From Truepera sp. (GTDB lineage Bacteria > Deinococcota > Deinococci > Deinococcales > Trueperaceae), in NCBI GenBank assembly GCA_965218435.1, contig CBDCKW010000009.1, forward strand, positions 3,200,001 to 3,264,000: 64,000 bases of DNA. The letters are read 5' to 3'. Numbering within the stretch: position 1 is the first letter of the stretch; every line of letters starts with the position of its first letter. The position numbers and the translations under genes were made by a program. Below, piece by piece: positions 29,236 through 38,876 of the stretch. Below the pieces are notes generated by a model, which worked only from the letters and a program-made list of their open reading frames with translations, searched no databases and was not told the DNA's origin.

Positions 29236-29655
29236 ATGGACAACGACCTACAAGACTTTGAACAGTTTTTGAAACAGCGTGAGGAAGCTTCACAAGCGTA
29301 TGTGAACGGCGACGCCGAGCCGCTGCGCCGCATTTCTACGCGCACGTCGCCTGCCACCTTTTTCGGTCCACCCGGCGACGTGGTTCAAGAGCCGGAACAG
29401 GTTATCTCGAGCTACAAAAGCAGCGCCGAACACTTCGAGTCCAGCAGTGACAACCACTTTGAAACACTTCAAATGGCAGCAAATGACGATATTGCTTATT
29501 GGGTCGGGATTCAGCGGGCAACCGCTCGCATGAAGGGACAAGCGGAAGAGGCTTCTTTCAATCTACGCCTAACCGAACTGTTCCGCCGCGAAGAGGGCGA
29601 ATGGAAGATGGTTCATCATCACGCCGACTTTCTTAAAATGGAAGCTGAAGACTGA
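29236..29655 (+). CDS. SnoaL/NTF2-like (DUF4440) protein
   Basis: LRLTELFRREEGEWKMVHHHAD. Confidence 0.85.
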   Translation: MDNDLQDFEQFLKQREEASQAYVNGDAEPLRRISTRTSPATFFGPPGDVVQEPEQVISSYKSSAEHFESSSDNHFETLQMAANDDIAYWVGIQRATARMKGQAEEASFNLRLTELFRREEGEWKMVHHHADFLKMEAED

Positions 29656-29738
29656 AAACTTAGCCACCACCCAACAAGTTATGGAAAAGGCGAAATAGAT
29701 TTGTCCCATAAAAACGTTTGTCTTTCTTGGAGACTGTA

Positions 29739-30512
29739 ATGAAAACCTTTGACCATCATTCAGGCAAACATTTAGAGATAGACGGAGCCAGCATCTATTA
29801 CGAAGAAACCGGCGATAAGAACGCTTCGGTTTTACTGCTTTTGCACGGAGGCTTTGGGAACCTCGAGGACTTTAACCCCATCCTTCCCGACCTAACGAAA
29901 ACCTTTAGAGTCATTGGGATGGACAGCCAGGGGCAGGGCAAATCAACGCTCGGTTCACACCCATTGACGTATGAGCGGTTGCAAAAAGATGTTGAACGTG
30001 TGCTCGAGCACCTCAACATTGACGCTTTGAGTATTATCGGCTTTAGCGACGGCGGCATTACCGCTTACAGACTTGCTTCACTGACATCGTTAAACATTGA
30101 CAAGCTCGTAACAATTGGTTCACGTTGGCATCTAAAAAACACCGAAGCAACACGAGATATATTTCTAAAAATTACCGGCGAGAGTTGGCGAGAAAAGTTT
30201 CCTGACATGTACGACGACTACCAAAGCCTCAATCCCGAACCGGATTTCGACTTTCTGACTCATTCTCTCATTGATATGTGGCTCGATTCCGCGTCATCTG
30301 GCTATCCGAACGAGGCGGTCAAAAACATTTTCTCTTCCTTGCTGATCGTTCGCGGTGATGACGACCATCTTATCTCTAAAGAAACGGTTGTCGAATTGTC
30401 AGAACTCGTAAAAGGCTCGAGCTTGTTCAACATTCCGTTTGCGGGGCACGACGCCTTTGTGAGTCAAAAAGAGATATTCATGCTTGGCTTAAACGAGTTT
30501 CTCGAGCGATAA
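29739..30512 (+). CDS. Alpha/beta hydrolase
   Basis: LLHGG, GQGKS, GFSDGG nucleophile elbow, AGH. Confidence 0.9.
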   Translation: MKTFDHHSGKHLEIDGASIYYEETGDKNASVLLLLHGGFGNLEDFNPILPDLTKTFRVIGMDSQGQGKSTLGSHPLTYERLQKDVERVLEHLNIDALSIIGFSDGGITAYRLASLTSLNIDKLVTIGSRWHLKNTEATRDIFLKITGESWREKFPDMYDDYQSLNPEPDFDFLTHSLIDMWLDSASSGYPNEAVKNIFSSLLIVRGDDDHLISKETVVELSELVKGSSLFNIPFAGHDAFVSQKEIFMLGLNEFLER

Positions 30513-30622
30513 TCCCAGATTTTGTAACCGCTGAGGTCATCCTCTATTAGCGTTTTTGGAACGATGCCAAATCGCTATGGTTGCCAGAGTTACTGTGCTA
30601 AGCCGTGTAACCATTTGTGAAA

Positions 30623-30679
30623 GAAATGATGCCTGCCCGTATACTCAAGAAAATCAAGGAGGCAATTGATAATGAGTGA
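30623..30679 (+). pseudogene. C-terminal remnant of a RelE/HigB-type toxin
   Basis: EMMPARILKKIKEAIDNE* overlaps the antitoxin start; the upstream frame is broken. Confidence 0.45.
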
Positions 30680-30974
30680 CAAAGACTTGGCTCAGTGGGA
30701 AGAAGGGCGTGACCTTGGGCAAGAGATTCTCGAGGGTATTAAAGCAGTTCAGTCAGGCGATATAGGTCGCAAATTCACGCCCAAGTCTTTTTCAGTGGTG
30801 CGTACACGTGAGAAGTCAGGGCTTAGCCAAAGCCGCTTTGCCGAGCTCTTAGGAGTGTCTGTCCGCACGCTGCAAGACTGGGAACAAGGGCGACGTGAAC
30901 CGTCAGGCGCAGCTAAGACCTTGCTTAAAATAGCTGAACTGCACCCCGAAGTTCTAAGTGAAGTAGCAGCTTAG
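30672..30974 (+). CDS. XRE-family HTH protein (HigA-like antitoxin)
   Basis: REKSGLSQSRFAELLGVSVRTLQDWEQGRREPSGAAKTLL; SD AAGGAGG. Confidence 0.88.
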   Translation: MSDKDLAQWEEGRDLGQEILEGIKAVQSGDIGRKFTPKSFSVVRTREKSGLSQSRFAELLGVSVRTLQDWEQGRREPSGAAKTLLKIAELHPEVLSEVAA

Positions 30975-31025
30975 TGGGATGGGTTTCTCCCGACTAGAAA
31001 AGATTGACACTCTAAGTAGCATCTG

Positions 31026-31598
31026 ATGAAACCGAAAGTAAGCTGGTCGGTCATACTCTTCGCGGCTCTGCTCTTAACAGGCGGTAAGCCAATAACGAGT
31101 TCTCACAGTAAGCAGGTTGTTCAGCCTAGTAAGCAAGTTGCCAGACAAAACCATTTGGCCGAAAGCTTAAAGACTTGGCAAAGACCCAAAGCTCTTCATA
31201 ACGGTAGCTACCGCTACAGCGTTGAAGGAGGCTTTTTGACTTTCTACGGCGTTACAACTATTACGGTAAGAAAAGGTAAAGTGGTCTCGCAAATCCATAG
31301 TTATTTTGAAAGAAATAACAAAGACCAATGGGTATTTATGGACGAATACAGTTGGACCGAAGAAGGTGTAGCAGTTGGAAGTCACGAAGGTGTTGCACCG
31401 CTCACAGTAGATGAGCTTTACAAAGTTTGCCGAGACGAGGTGCTTACCCGAAATCCCCGAGTTAACGATATTTATCTCGACTTCAAAGCCAACGGCGTGT
31501 TGGACAGTTGCGTCTATGGCCTTAAGGGTTTTACCACTGACGTTTTTCCAGGCGTTTATGTTGGTACGCTCGAGTTTCTCCCCACTAAACCCGACTAA
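31026..31598 (+). CDS. Secreted hypothetical protein (DUF6174-like)
   Basis: Signal-like N-terminus; SYRYSV...ITVRKGKV...TVDELY pattern. Confidence 0.55.
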   Translation: MKPKVSWSVILFAALLLTGGKPITSSHSKQVVQPSKQVARQNHLAESLKTWQRPKALHNGSYRYSVEGGFLTFYGVTTITVRKGKVVSQIHSYFERNNKDQWVFMDEYSWTEEGVAVGSHEGVAPLTVDELYKVCRDEVLTRNPRVNDIYLDFKANGVLDSCVYGLKGFTTDVFPGVYVGTLEFLPTKPD

Positions 31599-31617
31599 AC
31601 CGTAACCAAGCTAAACG

Positions 31618-31648
31618 AAAAGGGACGGCCTCAGCACGTCCCTTTTTT
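31618..31648. terminator. Bidirectional Rho-independent terminator
   Basis: AAAAGGGACG-gcctcagca-CGTCCCTTTTTT between convergent genes. Confidence 0.8.
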
Positions 31649-31661
31649 ACTGGTAAATAGT

Positions 31662-32741
31662 TTACTTCCCGAGCGTACTCCGCGCCGTCCCGAGCAGCTC
31701 ACCCGTCGAAACATCTCTAAACCACGCCGACCCGAGGTTAGGCTTGTCTATCCGGACCATCACCCACGGGTTGGTGAGCGCCTGCGTCGTCAGGGTGCCG
31801 GGAGCGGGTTGAGTAATAGCAAGGTCGAGATACGCTTCGCCCTGTTCGACGGCGACGTTTTGCACATCTACGCTGTAACCGCCGCTGCGCTGCGTGCCTA
31901 AAAAGAAGGCGGCGACGCTTGACTGCCCAAAATCAACCTCCGGCAGTGGGGGCGGAGAGGTCATCGCGCCGTAAGCGCGGTTCCAGATCGTTTCCAAATC
32001 CGGGCGGCTTGTGGCCAATTCAAAATCGGGTGAGTCGCTCGTAGCCGCCTGCGTCCCGGTCGCTAAGACCTCCCAAGCAGGTGAGGCCGTCCCTGCGGGT
32101 GTCGCCGTTACTCCGGCTGTCTCGAGCCCTGGCCGCACCACGAGCGTGGTGTTACGGTAGTCACCCAAGCCGTTGGCCTGCCGGGTGCGGTCACGGATTT
32201 CGGCGAGCGCAGTGACGACGACCGGCCCACGGGCCTCGAGGTCTCGCCCAAACACCTCAGCTTCAGCGCGTGTCAAGCGCCCGAGGCCGAAGAGTTTGTC
32301 CGGCCGTTCACGCGGCACGACCCGGCCTCTAAAACCGGCGTCAGCTTGGCCGAGAAGTGTAAACCACAACTCGCCGTCGAAGTAAAGCACGCCCTCGACC
32401 GCTTCGTTCGTCGTCACCATCAGGTCGGTTGAAAAGGGTAGGGCCTGCACCACGACCGGCGCGTTGCCGAGGGGCGCAACCTCTTGCTGCAAATAGGGTT
32501 TGCCCTCGATTAAGAGCGCACGCGGTACGCTCAGCGGGTCGTCCGACGTACCTTTCGTCAGTTTCAGCTCGCGCCCGCCGACGCTCAACGTGGTTGGATC
32601 ACCGTAAAAGTAGCCGTAGAGCGATCCACCTTGAGGTGTGTAGAGGGCAACGTCATGTAAGACCGGGGCGCCCGCCTGAAACGACGGTAGACAACCCGTC
32701 AGCAAGAGCGGCAAGAGAAGAACAGCCTTAAACTTAGACAT
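31662..32741 (-). CDS. Lipoprotein with PrcB C-terminal domain
   Basis: Lipobox LTGC; PEVDF...FLGTQRSGGYSVDV...TQALTNPW. Confidence 0.82.
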   Translation of the reverse strand: MSKFKAVLLLPLLLTGCLPSFQAGAPVLHDVALYTPQGGSLYGYFYGDPTTLSVGGRELKLTKGTSDDPLSVPRALLIEGKPYLQQEVAPLGNAPVVVQALPFSTDLMVTTNEAVEGVLYFDGELWFTLLGQADAGFRGRVVPRERPDKLFGLGRLTRAEAEVFGRDLEARGPVVVTALAEIRDRTRQANGLGDYRNTTLVVRPGLETAGVTATPAGTASPAWEVLATGTQAATSDSPDFELATSRPDLETIWNRAYGAMTSPPPLPEVDFGQSSVAAFFLGTQRSGGYSVDVQNVAVEQGEAYLDLAITQPAPGTLTTQALTNPWVMVRIDKPNLGSAWFRDVSTGELLGTARSTLGK

Positions 32742-32822
32742 ACTCGAACCTAATCATAAGGCCACTTTAGCATCTTTACGCGTGAGCTTTTTTGAGGGTT
32801 CGCTGGCGCGTTAGATTAGACT

Positions 32823-34556
32823 ATGCACCGGTTTCTTGTAGATAAGTGGCTTTGGGCGTTATTTGGGGCACTGTTTATATTTCCCTGGGCGGTAGCCGCC
32901 AAACTACACCCCTTTGAAGTCATCGTCGTTGGGAGCGAACCCGAAGGGGTGACAGCCGCCGTCGCTGCCGCCCAAACAGGTGCCAAGACGCTCCTCGTCA
33001 CCGAAGATGCACGCGTCGGTGGGCTGTTTGTCTTAGGCGGCCTCAACTCGCTCGACCTGCGCCCTTACGAACTCGTCCAGCGTGGGCTTTTTGCGCGGTG
33101 GTGGACGCTCGTCGGACGCGGCGCAGCGTTTGACACAGGGCGGGCAGAGAGGGCGTTCGAGACATTACTGAGGAGCGCAGACGTTACGGTGCAGTTGGAT
33201 GCGCCTTCGGTCTCTCCTGTGATGCAGACAGGGCGGGTCGTCGGAGTACACGCCGGACAAGAAACATTTACAGCCGCTCAAGTCGTTGACGCGACCGCCG
33301 ACGGCAACCTCGCCGCCGCTGCGGGTACAGCCTATACGGTTGGCTTCAGCTCGTTGGGAGTGGGCGAGCGGATGGCCGATACGCTGGTGTTTCGCCTCGA
33401 GAACCTGGACTGGGCAGCCCTGGTCAAAAACGTCCGGGCAAGAGGCGGCGCTTACGCGCAGGTCAACGGCAACGCGGTGTGGGGCGCATTTGACGGGTTT
33501 CCAGCCGCGTATGAAGCTGAGCAAAAAGGTGTGCGGCTCCGCGGCCTCAACTTGGGACGGCAGGCGGACGGCTCGGTGTTGGTCAACGCGCTGCTCGTTT
33601 ACGGCGTTGACCCGGCCAGTCCCGCGAGTGTCGCGGATGGTCTCAAGCGAGCGAGGCTCGAGGCTCCCCGGATCGTCCGGTACTTGCGGGCGCTGCCGGG
33701 GTTTGCAGGCGCAACCTACGGCGGCGTCGCTGAGCGGCTTTATATCCGCGAGTGGCGACACTTCAACACGCGCTGCACGCTTTCTATGGACGACACGTTA
33801 GCTAACGTCGTGAGGCCAAATGACGTGGTCGCAGGAAACTATCCGCTCGACGTGCAAACTCTGACGCCCGGTGACGACGGCTACGTTTACGGCGTCCCGG
33901 AGGTTTACGGCGCACGGCTCTGCGTGGCGCTGCCAAAAAACCCGGACAACCTTTGGATATTAGGTAAAAGTGCCGGGTACGACCCACTGGCGGCAGCGTC
34001 GGCAAGGGTCGTTCCGTTCGGGATGGCGCTCGGTGAAGCGGTCGGGATTGCGGCGGCGGACGCGGCGCAGAGCGGCCGTTCAGCGTCGGCTTATGCAGGA
34101 AACAGTCAAGCGGTAGCGAGAGTACGCGAGCAGTTGGAGGTCAAGGGCGCGTATCTGCCCGTGGTCAAACCCAGAGCCCCGACCGGCCCGGTCCAGCACC
34201 CCTACTTTGAGGCGTACCGCACGCTGCGCCGTAAAGGGCTGGCACTCGGCGGCTACACGAACGACCCAGGCTTGGACGAAACGATGCCTGCGCTCGGGTT
34301 TTTATACCTGCTGAGCAACGTCGGCACGCGGTTTTGGCATGATGATACGCTTGGCGCAACGTTGCTAAGCGAGTTTCCCGACCTCAGCGGCGACCTCACG
34401 CCGGATTTAGCTTTGGAGCTGACCCACGCGGCAAGCTGTGCGCTGAGGGCTTGTCGTTCTGCTTGGGAGGTTTGGAGTACAAAGCCCCAAACTGTACTCA
34501 CGCGCGGCGAAGCCTACGCGCTGGCGGCGAAACTTGCGACGCTAAAAGGAGATTAG
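32823..34556 (+). CDS. FAD-dependent oxidoreductase, exported
   Basis: VIVVGSEPEGVTAAVAAA, DATADG, LYIRE, SARVVP; N-terminal signal or TM. Confidence 0.85.
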   Translation: MHRFLVDKWLWALFGALFIFPWAVAAKLHPFEVIVVGSEPEGVTAAVAAAQTGAKTLLVTEDARVGGLFVLGGLNSLDLRPYELVQRGLFARWWTLVGRGAAFDTGRAERAFETLLRSADVTVQLDAPSVSPVMQTGRVVGVHAGQETFTAAQVVDATADGNLAAAAGTAYTVGFSSLGVGERMADTLVFRLENLDWAALVKNVRARGGAYAQVNGNAVWGAFDGFPAAYEAEQKGVRLRGLNLGRQADGSVLVNALLVYGVDPASPASVADGLKRARLEAPRIVRYLRALPGFAGATYGGVAERLYIREWRHFNTRCTLSMDDTLANVVRPNDVVAGNYPLDVQTLTPGDDGYVYGVPEVYGARLCVALPKNPDNLWILGKSAGYDPLAAASARVVPFGMALGEAVGIAAADAAQSGRSASAYAGNSQAVARVREQLEVKGAYLPVVKPRAPTGPVQHPYFEAYRTLRRKGLALGGYTNDPGLDETMPALGFLYLLSNVGTRFWHDDTLGATLLSEFPDLSGDLTPDLALELTHAASCALRACRSAWEVWSTKPQTVLTRGEAYALAAKLATLKGD

Positions 34557-35279
34557 ATGCTGGCAGTTATCGCAGATATTCACGGAAATTTAGCGGCGCT
34601 CGAGGCCGTTCTAGCCGACCTCAAACAAACAAGAGCAGACCAACTCGTATGTTTGGGTGATGTGGCAAGCTTTGGACCACGGCCGCGTGAAACGCTAAGG
34701 CGCATTCAAGAGCTTGAGTGTCCGGTTGTGATGGGCAATGCAGATTGGGAATTATTAGATGAGTCTACCCGTAAAGCACTCAAAACTTTGGATGTCACTT
34801 TTTTTGACCTTGCGACTTGGTGTGCCGAACAACTTACGGACGCTGACCAGGCGTTTATCCGGACGTTTCAAAAGACGGTGAGGCTCGAGCTTGATGGCCT
34901 ACCCGTCCTCTGTTTTCACGGCTCCCCAAACTCCTACAACGATGAAATTGTCGCTACTACGCCGGACGAGACGCTCGCCGAGTTCTTTCAGGAACATGCC
35001 CCACTTATGTTTGGCGGCCACACGCACACCCAACTTCTCAGACGCTACCAAGACCTAACCTTTGTCAATCCCGGCAGCGTCGGTTTACCTTTTGAAGTGT
35101 TCCCTGACGGAAGCGTCCGCAACCCGGCCAGGGCTGAGTACGCGCTGCTCGAGGTTGTGCAGGGACAACCAAGCATAATTTTTAGACGCGTTCCTTACAA
35201 TCTAAAACCGCTTTTAACAACAGCTAAAACGAGCGGGATGCCCCACGCTGAAACGTGGAGCGCCGACTGGTCAGACTAA
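34557..35279 (+). CDS. Metallophosphoesterase
   Basis: DIHGN, GD, GNAD, HGSP, GHTH, NPGSVG. Confidence 0.92.
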   Translation: MLAVIADIHGNLAALEAVLADLKQTRADQLVCLGDVASFGPRPRETLRRIQELECPVVMGNADWELLDESTRKALKTLDVTFFDLATWCAEQLTDADQAFIRTFQKTVRLELDGLPVLCFHGSPNSYNDEIVATTPDETLAEFFQEHAPLMFGGHTHTQLLRRYQDLTFVNPGSVGLPFEVFPDGSVRNPARAEYALLEVVQGQPSIIFRRVPYNLKPLLTTAKTSGMPHAETWSADWSD

Positions 35280-35284
35280 ACCAT

Positions 35285-36478
35285 TCAGGCCAACCCACTT
35301 TTTAGCACCCCGATAAACTGCTGCGCCGTGCGCCCCGAATACCCGTTCCCCCATTCGGCAAAGCGGATAGCTTTGGCCTCTAAGTCGCCATCTATCACGC
35401 TGTCGCGTTCAGCAAGTCCCCGGACAATCTCCAAGTAGCGCCGCTGCGTCGCGTCTGGAAAGGTCAAGACGAGACCGAAACGGTCAGACAGGGCCAGACG
35501 TTCGTGCTGCGTATCCCAGGCGTGAACATCGTCGTTTAAGGGGTCGGGCCGTTCGGAAAACCGCTCCGACACGAGGTGACGGCGGTTACTCGTGGCGTAG
35601 ACGAGAGCATTCTCGGGTCGCCCGCTTAAAGCGCCTTCCAGCAATGATTTAAGCGGCCCGTAGGCGCGACTCCCGGCTTCAAAAGAGAGGTCGTCAACAA
35701 AGAGTAGATAAAAATGCGGTCGCCCGCGAAGCGTCTCTAAAATGGTCGGTAAGTCGCTCAAGCTTTCCGGCACGACCTCGACAAAGCGTAAGCCCGCTTC
35801 GGTGTAGCGCCCGCCCAAACTCCGCAGCGCGGTAGATTTGCCGCTCCCGCGCGGGCCGTAAAGCAGCGTGTGCTGGCCGCCGCGTCCGGCTAAAAACGCT
35901 TCGGTGTTGGCGTCAAGACGCTCGAGCTGCTTCTCTAAGCCAACGAGCCGCTCAGCCTTAGCCCACGCCGGGTGGGAGACGCCGTGTAGCGCCCCACCCG
36001 ACCAACGAAACGCCGGAAACCGGGCTAAATCGCCGGTACCGTTCTGACGGTAAGCCTCGAGCAATTTCTTCAGTACAGCGTCAGCGTCGGCAGAGCTGAG
36101 CAGTTTGGCAAAAGCTTGCACCTTGTCGGTAATGCGGCTTAGGTGCTCGAGCGGCGGCAGCTTATCGCCTACCACATCAGCGACTTCACCCTGCCAATCG
36201 CGGCGCAACGAGGGTAAGAGCGCCGTAAGGTCACGCCGCGCCCCGGCTAATAAACCTTCTGGAATTGGGCTGGCGGCTCGGGCCAGCGCCGACTCACCGT
36301 AAAGCAGCCCGGTTGCCGCAGCCCCGTAAAGGTCCGTGTGTCCGGCTTCACTTAGCGCAGCGTAAAGCTCGGCGTAAGCGTCTTCAACTTCGGCGGCGTT
36401 CCGGCCCAAAATGACCTCCGCCAGCTTTCGCAAAGCCTGTGCCCACGGCTCTCGCCACAAGTCCCGCAAGACGTACAT
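35285..36478 (-). CDS. DUF815 family AAA+ ATP-binding protein
   Basis: GPRGSGKS Walker A, FVDDLSF, YATSNRRHL, LSDRFGL, SGRTAQQF. Confidence 0.9.
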   Translation of the reverse strand: MYVLRDLWREPWAQALRKLAEVILGRNAAEVEDAYAELYAALSEAGHTDLYGAAATGLLYGESALARAASPIPEGLLAGARRDLTALLPSLRRDWQGEVADVVGDKLPPLEHLSRITDKVQAFAKLLSSADADAVLKKLLEAYRQNGTGDLARFPAFRWSGGALHGVSHPAWAKAERLVGLEKQLERLDANTEAFLAGRGGQHTLLYGPRGSGKSTALRSLGGRYTEAGLRFVEVVPESLSDLPTILETLRGRPHFYLLFVDDLSFEAGSRAYGPLKSLLEGALSGRPENALVYATSNRRHLVSERFSERPDPLNDDVHAWDTQHERLALSDRFGLVLTFPDATQRRYLEIVRGLAERDSVIDGDLEAKAIRFAEWGNGYSGRTAQQFIGVLKSGLA

Positions 36479-37440
36479 TAGTCAGCCCTTTCTGGGATAG
36501 ACGCCGTTATAGACCCCGTGTCCACCTCAGCAACAGGGTCAACCTCAGCAACAGGAGCAAGACGTGCCTGCACGTCCGGCAGAGCGCGGCGCATTGCCCG
36601 TGCGCCCGCCGCCGCGCCCGCTGCCGCGCGGTGCAGGTCCCACCAGGCGATAGGCGGGTCCACCCGTAACAGGAGCACATCAGGCAACGTCATCAGCTCT
36701 TCTAAAGGGTCACGCGTGTACGACGCGCCCGCCCGCGCGAGACCGCGTAAAAGCGTCCCGTAGGCGTGCTCGGGCGCACCTAAAAACCGCTGGTGCCACC
36801 TCTGCCCGGTAGCTGAGGCGTGAAAGGTGCGAAACCGCTGAACTAGCCGCGCCTGTTCTACCGCGATGCCCGTATGCACCCCGAGGACAAACTGCGCTTC
36901 AGCTAACAGGGGCGTCACCGGTACCGGCGAGACGAAACCGCCGTCAATCAGCAGACGGCCTTCGACCTCGAAAGCCCGAGTAATTCCCGGCAGAGCGCAG
37001 CTCGCCCGAACTGCCCGCGCCAAGGAGCCGCTATAAGACTCAGGGCGCAGCACGACGAGTTCGCCGGTATGAATATCGGTACAGGTGATGTGTAAGGGCA
37101 CCCTGAGGTCGGCAAAGGTCGCGCCGTGAAACACGGTGCGCTCGAGCCACCCTTCAATGCGGCCCCCCTCAACGAGCGCCGCCCGGTGCAGGCCAAAATC
37201 CAACCCGTGCCGCCACACCTCGCGCGCCGGAAAGGTCTCCGCCCACGCCCAAAGCTTATCCGCGTCTTCGTAAAGCGCGTAGTGCGCGGCGATCAGCGCC
37301 CCGAAACTCGTTCCCGAAAGGACTTCCGGTGAGAGTCCGGCGTCAGCTAAAACTTTAAGGACGCCGACGTGCGCGAAGGCCCTGGCAGTGCCGCCGCCTA
37401 ACGCCACGCCGAAACGGTGTGAGATGGGCTCGAGCGGCAT
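36478..37440 (-). CDS. Patatin-like phospholipase
   Basis: LGGGTARAFAHVG, GTSFG, ASCALPG, DGG. Confidence 0.9.
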   Translation of the reverse strand: MPLEPISHRFGVALGGGTARAFAHVGVLKVLADAGLSPEVLSGTSFGALIAAHYALYEDADKLWAWAETFPAREVWRHGLDFGLHRAALVEGGRIEGWLERTVFHGATFADLRVPLHITCTDIHTGELVVLRPESYSGSLARAVRASCALPGITRAFEVEGRLLIDGGFVSPVPVTPLLAEAQFVLGVHTGIAVEQARLVQRFRTFHASATGQRWHQRFLGAPEHAYGTLLRGLARAGASYTRDPLEELMTLPDVLLLRVDPPIAWWDLHRAAAGAAAGARAMRRALPDVQARLAPVAEVDPVAEVDTGSITASIPERAD

Positions 37441-37556
37441 TCCTCACTTTATCAAGGATGTTCCGGTGGGCACGGTCAATTTACAGCAGCGCAGCCGAAC
37501 TGTCATACGAGCTCAGTGAAAACTTTAGTAGGTAGCAATTATGCTAAGCTGCTACC

Positions 37557-37805
37557 ATAAAACAGGTCAATCTTAAAAGCGACCGCGTAGCCGGGTTGCT
37601 CGAGCAACTCACCCGGCGAACGGGCGAAACCAAGGTGGACGCGGTTTCCAGGGCGCTCGAGGAACGGCTACAAGAGTTGAAGGCGGAAGACCGTTCAGAA
37701 CGGACGTTGACTTGGTTGGCAACAGCCGTTTGGCCGAACTTTACTGAAGCGCAGCGCGGCCACGCCCCCACGAAAGAGGAGCCGGAGGAACTGCTCGGGT
37801 TTTGA
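37557..37805 (+). pseudogene. vapB: VapB-type antitoxin (Rv0623-like) with start codon apparently mutated to ATA
   Basis: IKQVNLKSDRVAGLLEQLTRRTGETKVDAVSRALEERL...EELLGF; ATA at 37557 lies 6 nt after a TAAGCT -10 box. Confidence 0.65.
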
Positions 37806-38191
37806 TGGTCGTTGACAGCAGCGTCCTTTTGTAAATCCTTTTTAGAGAACCCGGTGCTGAAGCAGCCGTCGTCAGTTTAGGTCGAGTGCCCGGCTTAATG
37901 ATGGCGTCGCCGACGCTGCTGGAAACAGAGACCATTTACGGCTCACGGCGCGGGTTTACCTCAAGTGAGGTTGCAGAGCTGACACATCGTCTCGGTATCG
38001 CCTTGCACCCGTTCTCTGCCGAGCATGTCATGGAGGTGAAGCTGGCTTGCGCCCGCTTTGGTGAGGGGCAGGGGCATCCGGCGCAGCTCAACTTTGGTGA
38101 CTGGATAAGTTACGCGCTGGCTAAGGTAGCAGGACAACTCCTCGCCTTTAAGGGAGAGGACTTCAACCTGACCTCGAGGTTTTCAAACTAG
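37805..38191 (+). pseudogene. vapC: VapC PIN toxin with premature stop
   Basis: MVVDSSVLL*ILFREP... with TAA at 37832-37834, then HPAQLNFGD..SYALAK..LAFKGEDF; TGATG overlap with vapB. Confidence 0.85.
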
Positions 38192-38197
38192 GCTAGT

Positions 38198-38701
38198 TCA
38201 TAATATATGCAGCCGCGCCAGCGCGTAAGCGTCAACGAACGCCCCGTCCCGAAACGCGTACTGTTGCTGCGTACCTTCACGGACAAAGCCGAACTTTTCA
38301 TAGAGTTTGATCGCTGGAAGATTATCGGTATAAACCGTAAGTTCTAAGCGGGTCAGCTCGAGCCAGTTATCAGCCAGCTCTACAGCTGCCGCCATTAAAG
38401 CAGACCCCACGCCTTTACCCTGCCAATCGTCCCGCACCGCCATCCCGAGCGAGCCGACGTGACGCCGCCGGGGTCTCGAGGCCGTTTGCAGCCCTAAATT
38501 TCCAACGACCTCACCTTCGGCGCAGGCCACCAAACTGTAAAAGTCAAGCGGGGGGTTCTCGAGCTTTTTACGCCAACTTTCAGCTGACGGGTACGGCAGT
38601 TGCATCGTGCCCCGGATGACCTTAGGACACAAAAAGATTTTGTGAAACGCTTCAAAGTCGCTCGGTTCGGTGTGACGCACGGTGATGTTCTCACGGGTCA
38701 T
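38198..38701 (-). CDS. GNAT acetyltransferase (AaaT/YhhY-like)
   Basis: TMQLPYPS, RRRHVGSLGMAVRDDWQGKGVG, DNWLELTRLELTVYTDN. Confidence 0.9.
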   Translation of the reverse strand: MTRENITVRHTEPSDFEAFHKIFLCPKVIRGTMQLPYPSAESWRKKLENPPLDFYSLVACAEGEVVGNLGLQTASRPRRRHVGSLGMAVRDDWQGKGVGSALMAAAVELADNWLELTRLELTVYTDNLPAIKLYEKFGFVREGTQQQYAFRDGAFVDAYALARLHIL

Positions 38702-38876
38702 ACCTCATCATAGCCGAGGCCGGGACAGGTATGTCAGCGTTCAATAACCCTGCGGCGGTCGGTCATCTAAAGAGTAGTCGAATTCGGTCATCACAGCAGG
38801 TTCTACTCGTCTACCGGGCACAACAAGTCTTTATTTGCCCACATAATTGTTTGCCGCATCGCTGCGCCGCCCCCGC

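Noticed and set aside
36519..36556. 18-bp tandem duplication (PVAEVD twice) in the patatin tail
   Set aside because: In-frame slippage in a likely disordered C-terminus; not an array.
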